Below, piece by piece: positions 54,451-64,000 of a stretch of DNA of 64,000 nucleotides. This DNA comes from Eledone cirrhosa (taxonomy: Eukaryota). The stretch's first letter is position 1. Every line of letters starts with the position of its first letter. The notes under the pieces are model-generated. The model was not told the origin of the DNA and searched no databases. It saw only the letters and a program-made list of their open reading frames with translations. The translations under genes were made by a program, and so were the position numbers. The stretch lies in NCBI GenBank assembly GCA_964016885.1, contig OZ024743.1:245582001-245646000 (forward strand), read 5' to 3'.

Positions 54451-54519
54451 TGCTGTGAAACGGGAAAACATTTAGTCTGGAGGAAAGCAAGTTGTTTGAC
54501 CCGAGGAGGTAGTATATGG

Positions 54520-55055
54520 GATGCTCAAAGTCGATGGAAGCCTTGGAGTGGGGAGACCCTGGAAGACTTGGGATGAGGTGAAAAAAGCTGACCTTGTCCA
54601 ATTGCACCTCTCAAAGGCTATGACACAGGACCGAGACCTCTGGCATTATGCTATAATACAAAAGACCTGACTTCACACGGGCACAGGCTGAAGCTGAAGC
54701 ATATATACAGTATTCCCCACCCTACACCCCTATATATTTCCCATGAGCACAGGCCGAAGTATGCATCCAGTGAAACCCCCAACCCACACTGTAAAGTGCT
54801 CGTGTAGGTGTCATGACAAAAAGCACCCAGTTCACACTGTAAAGTGGTCTTGTAGATATCATGACGAAAAGGACCCAACACCCACTGTAAACGAGGTTGG
54901 CGTTAGGAAGGGCATCCAGCTGTAGAAACCAAGCCAAAATCAGTTCTGTATGAGCAAGACATGGTCACCTGACCTAGCATTGCCCACAACAGGACAACTC
55001 ATATAACCAATGCCAGCATAGAAGAATAGATATAAAATGGTAATGATGATGATGA
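54520..55055 (+). mobile_element. RTE 3' end fragment, sense orientation
   Basis: GRPWKTWDEV..; GGCGTTAGGAAGGGCATCCAGCTGTAGAAA; GATGATGAT tail. Confidence 0.8.
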
Positions 55056-55096
55056 CTCATCTACCTTACTATTCCACCACCAAGTCACTTTCCTTC

Positions 55097-57950
55097 ATCA
55101 TCACCGTTTTACGTCCGTTCTTCCACGCTAGCATGGGTTAGACGGGTTGTCCTGTTGTGGGCAGTGTCTGGTCGGCTGACCATGCCTTGCTCATACAGGA
55201 ACTGATCTGGCTTGATTTCTACAGCTGGATGCCCTTCCTAACACCAACCTCATTTACAGTGAGTGCTGGGTGCTTTTTTGCCGTGGCACCTCCACGACCA
55301 CCTTGCGGTGGGGGGTGTGGGGGCATATTGTCTATATGCTTCAGCTTGTACCCATGGGAGGTCGGGTACTCTGTATTACTGCGTGACGCTAGAAGTCACG
55401 GTCATGTGTCATTGTCTTTGAGAGGTGTAATTGGGTAAGGTCGGCTTTTATCACCTCATCCCAGGTCATCTTGGGTCTCCCCACTCCGCGGTTTCCATCA
55501 ACTTCTAGTGCTCGGCACCTTTTTATGCAGCTGTCATCCTTCATACGCATCACATGTCCATACCAGCGCAACCGCCTCTCCTGCACACAGCATTTGATTC
55601 CTCTTATGCTCAGTCTCTCTCTCAATTCATTTATACTTTGTCGTTCACGTATATTACTGTTACACATCCATCGGAGCATGCAGGCTTCGTTTCTCTCTAA
55701 TCTACGTAAGTCTTCCACCTTCAGCGCCCAGGTCTCACTACCATGCAACATCGCTGTTCGGATACACGCATCATACAGTCTGCCTTTCATTCTGAGGGAG
55801 AAGCCTTTTGCAGCTAGCAGTGGTAGTAGTTCCCTAAACTTCTTCCATCCCGTTCTTACCCTAGTTATTGTACTTTCTGAACACCCACCTCCGTTGCTAA
55901 TTCGGTCACCTAGGTAGCAGAAGCTGTCTACTGTTTCTACAGGGCCCTCCCAGAGATTGGTGGTACTTGTTTCCTGTGGCTGTTTGCTGCTTGCTGTCTC
56001 AGCACAGCTGCTGCATGTGAATCCTACATTCTTAATTAAGCTTCCTGAGATCCCGCTACATCTCTTGTGTACCCATTGTTTGCATTTGGGGCAGAGAATG
56101 GAGTTCCTACCTTCACCTTTCCTACATACTGAGCAAGGCCATTTCCCTGAGGGGATCTGGGTTCTGTTTTCTCGTCTACTTACAAGGACCTTAGTCTTTG
56201 TCATGTTGACTTTGAGACCCTTTCTTTCTAGTCCCTGCTTCCAGGTTTGGAATTTATTCTCTAGTTCTACCATAGATTCAGCTATGAGTGCGAGGTCATC
56301 AGCATACAGGAGTTCCCATGGGCATCCGGTCTTAAACTCCTCCGTTATTGCCTGCAGGACTATGATGAACAGGAGAGGGCTAAGAACAGAGCCCTGGTGG
56401 ACCCCCAACCTGTACGCTAAATTCCTCGCTATACTCATTGCTAATCCTAACTTTGCTGACTGCTCCCCTATACATGGCTTGTACCGCTTTCACAAGCCAT
56501 TCATCTACTCCTAGTTTTCTAAGAGCCCACCAGATTACAGCACGTGGAACTCTGTCAAAGGCTTTCTCAAGGTCGACAAATGCCAAGTAGAGTGGCTTAC
56601 TTTTAGCTAGGTACTTTTCCTGTAATTGCCTCACAAGGAAGAGGGCATCAGTGGTGCCTCTTCCTGGTACAAACCCAAATTGCATCTCGTCTATTTTCAC
56701 CCGGTCCCTAATCAGCTGTGCTATAACTCTTTCTGTTACTTTCATGACCTGGTCCATCAACTTTATACCTTTATAGTTTCCTCTATCTGGTGCATCGCCT
56801 TTACCTTTGTAGCAGTTGACAATGATGCTACTGCACCAATATTTTGGTATGGCCCCTTCTAGTATTACCTGGTTAACGATACGTGTGGTTATAGTGTGAC
56901 CTACAGACCCAGATGCCTTCAGCATCTCGGCAGCTATACCCGATGGACCGGTTGCCTTCCCCATCTTCATATCTTTGATTGCCTTACTTACTACGCTGCT
57001 GCTGACTTGTACTGCTGGTCCCTCTATTCTCCTTAGAAACCTACTCCAACCACAGATTTCATTTATCGCCTTCAGTAGGTTATCTTTCAGGAACTTCCAC
57101 TGCTCCTCTACATTGTATGTCTCTATTTGCTCTTCCTTACCCTCAAAAGTGTCACTCAACATACTTCTAAATTTGTTACTGGTTGAGGAGTCTTTTAGCT
57201 TCTATATTCTTCTTCCTCAGGTCTCCCGTTGCCAGCCTCTTCTACTACGTTATGTTGAGGTCATTCTTCACTAGGGAGGTACTTTGTGTTCACAACAGTC
57301 GCTCTTGTCTTCTGGTAAGAATATCTATCTCGCTGGCATACTCACCTGATCTAGAAGTGATTAAGTGGTTGTCCCATTTATTGAAGTTCATGTTACAGAT
57401 ACATAGGTCATTAGCGTTGCAGAATTCCAAGAGCCTGAAGCCTTAATCAAACCCATAATCACCATGGATCTCGTTGAAGCCAACATACCCATTAAAGTTG
57501 CCTGAATATGTATGATGTATGAGGTCGCTGTCACCTACTGGGGAGGTAGTGAACATTAGGGACTCATAGAACCTGTCTTTTAGTACGTCTAGCAGTCCAG
57601 ATTGAGAGGCATATGCAGATATGATTGTCATGGTTCTATTTAGTACAGATCTAAGTTTAATTATTCTGTCATTTACTCTATTTACATAAATAACTTTGTC
57701 TACCCATTTTTCTGCTACAAAAATCTCTACTCCATCCAGCCCATTGTTATTTAATACCCAGAAAAATTTGTAGCATCGTTTTTGGCCCACAAGAAATCTA
57801 GCTGACATTTCCCTCCATCTAGTCTCTTGTACACGGCGCACATCAATTTTCTTTCATTCAAGCATCTCTACAAGTTCTCCAGATCTTCCTTTCTTCGTGC
57901 CTACATTGATGGTGCCAGCTCTGAAGTTATGGAGTTCAGTGCAGAAGAGT
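55097..57950 (-). mobile_element. RTE-clade LINE, decayed (APE plus RT with PHD-like insert)
   Basis: ORFs 57443-57841, 56380-57162 and 55389-56438 (VHQGSVLSP, LYADD). Confidence 0.92.
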
Positions 57951-58868
57951 GAGAGTGAGAGGGCTTAGAACTTGGTAGAGAGTGTGAAAGATGAGTTGGT
58001 GGTGGTTTTCCATGTCTAAAATAAAGAAGTGTGTTTGCGTGGTCATCCAGAGATGGCCTGTGGATTCATATTCATTGATAAGAATGCTCCAGTTTTGTAT
58101 TCCATTTGCCATACAGAACAACATCAGGCCCATAACAACTGTATTACAAGTAGTAGTGGTTATTGCAATAGAGATTGAGTTAGCAGTTACAATATATTTG
58201 TGCTGTGGTGTTTTGATTGGTCTATGTGGCAATAGTGGTGTGAGGGTGGGAGGGAAATGGGAATATGGCAGATGTGAAACGGTAAAAAATTTAGTCTGGA
58301 GGAAAGCAAGTTGTTTTATCTGAGAAGGTAGTGTATGGGGATGGGCATGGTTGGAGAGAAAAAGCAAGAGATTACATTATGTTTGATGAATGAATGACTT
58401 TCTTGTGGTTATGTTAGTAAGTGGAGTGAGAGGATGAGGGTAGTAGGAGACAGGGAAGAGAGAAAGAAGCATGAAGGTTCATTTTTGTTATTTTCTAGAA
58501 CAATCTAAGTGAAATCAAATGGACCAATCAGAATGAAGCTTTTTGAATCCATAAATATTTCTTTTGTATATGAATGACAGTTTATTGGAAGAATTGTTAT
58601 TGTTAGATAATATCTCAGCATTTTTCTGGCTTTCTGCATCTTTAGCTCAGTTGTGAGGCTGTAGATTGGTAGAATTGATAAAGAGTTGTTGTAGAAGCTG
58701 ATTTTGTGCATTCCTAGTTCAAATCCTACCTCCTACAGATAGTATCAGCAATGGAAACAATAATTTCCTTGGTTCTGATGGTTGGCTCCTTTTTTTTTCT
58801 TTTAAATTTTGTGTTTTTTCTCAAAAAAAAAAAGCAAAACAAAAAACATTCCATTTTACTACTTTCAG

Positions 58869-59278
58869 GTATTGTTCTAGGAAGAGACGGTGGAGTTATT
58901 CAGAACATGTACCCTATCTTCTACATGGGACTGGGTGGAAGACTTGGCTCTGGTAAGCAATGGTTTCCATGGATACACATCAGTGATATTGTTGGCATCT
59001 ACCAATATGCCATCTGTAATTCCACCATAAAAGGTGTCTTAAATGGAGTAGCACCACAACCTCAAACAAATTCTGAATTCACACAAACTTTTGCAAAAGC
59101 CATCAATCGTCCAGCTATTTTCCCTGTACCAGAGTTTTCCATAAATCTTATCTATGGCCAAGAGAGAGCCAGTGCTATACTTGAAGGCCAAAACGTTTTA
59201 CCAAAAAGAATGTTAAAATCTGGTTATAAGTTTGAATTTCCTGATTTGGTTTCAGCCTGCCAGAATCTTTGTCAATAA
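58869..59278 (+). CDS. SDR39U1: SDR39U1 exon 6 (last coding exon, DUF1731-type C-terminus)
   Basis: cag|GIVLGRDGG..GLGGRLGSGKQWFPWIHISD..NGVAP..LEGQNVLPKR..FEFPDL; spliced CDS is 894 nt. Confidence 0.95.
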
Positions 59279-59898
59279 TTTTTTACTATGATGTTTGCAT
59301 AGTTGACAGAATTTGGGGATTTACTAAATGATATCAGCCTGGGACCTTTGGTAAACTTTCCAGTATAAGTTCATGATAGTATATGTTTTAGATGCTATGT
59401 AAGAAAGATTAAAAAATAATAATTAAAATGTTCAAATTGAAGGGAAAAAAATTAAATTGGATTTGTTTTTATTGATTTGATACTATTAATTTATGAAATT
59501 AAATGAAAATGGCGTAGGCATTACAATACAACGGGAGGAAACATAATAGTACCACAGATGTGAGACAAAAGAACTTTGATAGACTATATATATATATTTA
59601 TATCTGTATTTTTAAACGTTGGTGAATCAATGATAAATATTGATTGCCAGATAAATTAACTATAGAGGTATAAAAAATACAGAAGCGAAAACCAACCCAA
59701 ACAGTGAGTGTGTTCTGTTATTATTTCTGGCAATATTATAACAATATGACCCTCCCCAAATATACCAATATATATATATATACAAGTTGAAATAAAATGA
59801 AAACGAAATTTCATTTCTCACTCTTAGTACGGCACTTACTTAAATGTAAGTATGTGTGTATACGTACATACATATATGTATACAGACGTACAGTAGCA

Positions 59899-59952
<54 letters not shown>

Positions 59953-60146
59953 TATACATATATACATACATACATATATATACATATATACATACAGGTA
60001 CACATACATATATGCACGTATCAGTTTAGCGGACGCTTATTATAACGCCGCTTTGTTCGTTTGTAAACAAACTGAACAGCCTGAATGTTATGCCGTACGG
60101 TGTTAAGGCAACCACGTCACCTTTTTGTTCAACACTGACACAGGAA

Positions 60147-60187
60147 CGATGTACTAGTTTCAAGCTTGTTAGCTATCATCAGCACCG
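60147..60187 (-). ncRNA. Minimal type I hammerhead ribozyme (inverted twin)
   Basis: Exact reverse complement of 60443-60483. Confidence 0.85.
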
Positions 60188-60442
60188 TATACCCATCTGC
60201 CAGATAGTTGAACGTTCAAAAGTATATACTTTCCTTATGAAAATTAACGGCTGAGCAGCCTAATTTGCATGCCGTACTAAGAGTGAGAAATGAAATTTCG
60301 TTTTCATTTTATTTCAACTTATCGTTCTCGGTATGCCTGACCGACATAACTCACTCGATATGCAAATTAGGCTGCTCAGCCGTTAATTTTCATAAGGAAA
60401 GTATATACTTTCGAACGTTCAACTATCTGGCAGATGGGTATA

Positions 60443-60483
60443 CGGTGCTGATGATAGCTAACAAGCTTGAAACTAGTACATCG
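60443..60483 (+). ncRNA. Minimal type I hammerhead ribozyme
   Basis: CGGTG-CTGATGA-TAGCTAACAAGCTT-GAAA-CTA-GTA-CATCG; palindromic CTAG stem III. Confidence 0.85.
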
Positions 60484-60632
60484 TTCCTGTGTCAGTGTTG
60501 AACAAAAAGGTGACGTGGTTGCCTTAACACCGTACGGCATAACATTCAGGCTGTTCAGTTTGTTTACAAACGAACAAAGCGGCGTTATAATAAGCGTCCG
60601 CTAAACTGATACGTGCATATATGTATGTGTAC

Positions 60633-60667
<35 letters not shown>

Positions 60668-61449
60668 TGCTACTGTACGTCTGTATACATATATGTATGT
60701 ACGTATACACACATACTTATATATATATATGCATATTTGTGTAGATATGGATGTATTTATGTATATATGATGTGTTATGTGTTTTATGCTTGTATATGTA
60801 TAGAAAAAAAAAATTTCCTACGTGTCTAAACTGAAGACTGACAATGTAAGTTACCTCCCTTTCGTTGATATTTTTAATCCTTTTTGTTACTTTGACAGGG
60901 TTTCCCAACCTTCTCTCAGCCAGTGCCCCCTTTGGGCGCAAACTTTTTTGTCAACACCCCCAGCAAATTAAATTTCAAATAAGATACTGAATTCATCTTA
61001 CATCAAATGGGTACAAAACCTAAAACAAATGTGTGTGTGTGCACATCTGTGGTTGGGCCTTTAATCGCTAGGGGTCAATTTAAGTTCAATCGCAGAAAGG
61101 AATTCATCTTTGCATGCTTGTGTACATGGGTTGGTCAAGTGGGGTGCCTCAGTGGTTGTGGAGGATGCATGTATATATTTGTGTATATAAGTGGTCGTGG
61201 AGGTGCCATGGCAAAAAAGCACCCAACACTCACTGTAAATGAGGTTGGTGTTAGGAAGGGCATCCAGCTATAGAAATCAAGCCAGAATCAGTTCCCGTAT
61301 GAGCAAGACAAGGTCAGCTGACCGGACACTGCCCACAACAGGACAACCCGTCTAACCCATGCTAGCGTGGAAGAACGGACGTAAAACGGTGATGATATGT
61401 ATATATATACATACTTATATGTGTGTGCATGTATGTATATACTCGTGTA

Positions 61450-64000
61450 TAATAATAATAATAATGCAATATTGTGTACAGTGCTCAGGTACACTACAAC
61501 TCATCAAAAAGTGTATGTATAGTACATAGGGTAATGTACAAACGTCAGGAAAATGAACAGTGCATGAGTCATGATATACACGTGTGCATGTGTATGGAAG
61601 GGGTACATCAGGTGTAGTTTTGGCGAATTTCGGGAAGCATGAGGGTTTTAAAGGATGCAGTGTCTCGGCAGGCAGTTTGTTTCATGCTTCAGCAACTCTG
61701 AGCGTGAAAAAATGTTTCCGAAAGTCATGGGAGCTGCGCTGTTTTCTGATTTTGTAGGTATGTCCACGCGTGTTAGACACATGGAGATCAAAAAGGTACT
61801 CAGGGTTGCTGTTGGCGACATGGTCAATAACTTTGTGGGTGTTTACCAAGTCCATTGCCAGATGTCGGAGCTTCAATGAATCCATGCCCAGGGAAGCAAG
61901 GCGTTCAGAGTATGGTAGATGTCTGATGGAGGGTATGCGCTTGGTTGCACATCTCTGAACAGTTTCCAGGAGGTCAATGTTCTGAGCAAGATAGGGGTTC
62001 CAGACTGATGATGCGAATTCCAAGTGTGGTCGTACCATAGCTGTATACAGCTTTAAATAGATGGCTGGAGAGCAGCTAACAAAGGTCTTGCTGAGTGATG
62101 CCAAGACACCCTCGGCCTTCTTGACAATCTTAGAGACATGCTTTATCCAATGCAAATCGCTGCTGACAGTAATGCCCAGGTCACGTTCACAAGAGGACTT
62201 CTTGATATCAGTGTTGTGGAGGGAGTATGTGGACGCTGGACTTTTTCCTCCCAAAATGCATGGTGGTACACTAGTCCACAGCCAGCTTCAGTTGCCAGTC
62301 TTTGATCCATTGCTGCATTGTGTCCAGGTCTGATTGTAGGGAGTTGTAGATTTCAGGATCAGTCTTTTTGATTTCAAGGTACAGCTTGATGTCATCTGCA
62401 TATTTCAGTACCGTGGCATTCTTTAAGTTGGCATCTATGTCATTAATATATGCTGCAAACAAAAGGGGACCAAGAACAGATCCCTGTGGTACACCAGATG
62501 ACATCTCTTTTAGGCTGAGAATGAAGGATTTCAACCAGTTAAAAAGATCATCCCTCACACCCATTGCAGAGAGTTTTGCCATAAGTCTTTTGTGTGGCAC
62601 AGAATTAAAACCCTTAGCGAAGTCAAGGTAAACAACATCCACCCATGAGCCGCTGTCAGTGATCCGGGTAATGTCTTCAAGGAACTCGATAAGCTGATCA
62701 CAACAGCTGGAGTTAGGGATAAATCCAAACTGTGAGAGCTCCAGAAGTTCCAAAGTGTTTCTCTGATACAGGATTCCATCAGTTTGGCAATACAGCTAGT
62801 AAGACTGACTGGGCGATAGTTGACAGGTGACGTGCGGTCACCCTTTTTGAACAGGGGAATGACACTGGCAGTTTTCCACTGCTCCGGAGTAGCACCATTG
62901 TTGAGACAGTATTGAAAGAAGAAAGAAAGCTGGTGCAAAAGGAAGTACCCGCCACGTTTGAGAAGCAGGTATGTAACACCATCAAGACCAGGGGAGGCAT
63001 AGTTGCGCTTATTCTTAAGGTGACGTCGCAACATTGCAGGTGTAAATTCCATAGTTCTTATGGAATTTGATGTTAGAGATGGTAGAGATGGTACATTCTG
63101 GTTTTCAACAGTAAAAGTGCTTGCATAGCACTCAGCAATGAGTTCTGTGGATTTGGGATCGTCAGTGATCTGGCTTGTGTGAGGATTGCGAAGAGGACCA
63201 ACTGGAGAGTGAGGTCTCTGCTTTGAATGAACATATTTCCAGAACACCTTACTGTCAGGATTGGTGGCTATGCACTGTTCAAATTCAAGCACTGCCTTTT
63301 TTGTCACTTGCTTGAGATGGTTGGAAGATTTATTCCGCTTTTTTCTGTTGGCATCTGATTTATGCAGTTTATATTCCCGTTCAGCGTTCCGACGTTCTTT
63401 CCTGGCAAGTCGGACCGCTGAAGTTTCCCAAATTGCACTTTTGGGTGGTTTTTTTTCTGCTTACGTGGCACCGATGCTGCACACGCTATCCATATTGAGT
63501 CCAGGATGCTCTGGAATATAGTGTTCACATCTCCAGAGTTATAGAACTCATGCCAGTTTGGGCGCTGTCGCTCAGTACAGTACAAGTTCCAATCTGCTTT
63601 CTTCCAATCAAAGCAAGCAGATTGGAGATGGTTCTGGTTTTTGTTGCTGCCCGCAAGAGCCAGATTGGCAATGATCATAGCATGATCAGGGTCGCCTAGA
63701 GGTTCCTCAGTAGTACAACTGATAACCACTTCAGGAGTAGTGGTGAAGATCAGGTCCAAAGTGTTGTCACCTCTTGTTGGAGAGGTGACTACTTGTTACC
63801 AGTTTGAGTCCAGCACTAGCTCAAGGAAATCGTTTGCACTTTGTGGCTAACGAAAGGTTTCCCAATCGATCTCAGGATGATTGAAGTCACCTGCAATAAA
63901 CACATAAGTGGCTGTTTTCCTGGCAGCAGCTCTGAGGATATCGCAAAGCTGTGTGTCCTGATGGTAGTTTGGGGGGCGATAAACAACACCAAGCAGAAGT
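61450..64000 (-). mobile_element. CR1-group LINE (APE plus RT), frameshifted; runs off the right edge
   Basis: GDFNHP, LDLIFT, DH, SPGLDG, NYRPVSLT, YLDFAK, YADD; (ATT)n tail. Confidence 0.93.

Larger units (their letters stand above)
59784..60719. repeat. Overlapping inverted repeats (59847-60270 / 60360-60719 and 59784-59834 / 60270-60320)
   Basis: Arms are near-perfect reverse complements apart from microsatellite length. Confidence 0.95.

Noticed and set aside
58751-58868. N-terminal part of the 175-aa ORF
   Set aside because: Intronic T/A tracts upstream of the acceptor at 58868.

Overview
Eukaryotic, AT-rich, microsatellite- and transposon-dense DNA. The SINE and RTE content suggests a cephalopod (octopus-like), but that is inference. 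One host gene can be assembled: a 6-exon SDR39U1 epimerase-family gene on + (ATG 37510 to stop 59278, 894 nt, 297 aa, all GT-AG introns with matching phases). The rest is mostly mobile DNA: a decayed Helitron, Tx1, CR1, RTE, CRE- and HERO-like LINEs, Penelope-like elements, a Buster/Charlie hAT with 8-bp TSD, Gypsy remnants, SINEs and two minisatellites. Two observations stand out. (1) Intron 1 of SDR39U1 holds a fold-back DNA transposon (38079-40802; GGCGA termini and CTCCCTTG TSD, Merlin-like). It carries an RMND5-like coding exon that is in frame with SDR39U1, and the exon's splice donor lies inside the fold-back stem. (2) Type I hammerhead ribozymes recur, several as inverted pairs in palindromic cassettes (14.8/16.9 kb, 30.4/30.5 kb, 60.1/60.4 kb); one pair lies just 3' of SDR39U1. 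Boundaries of decayed repeats are approximate. All family assignments come from motifs read by eye, with no database search.
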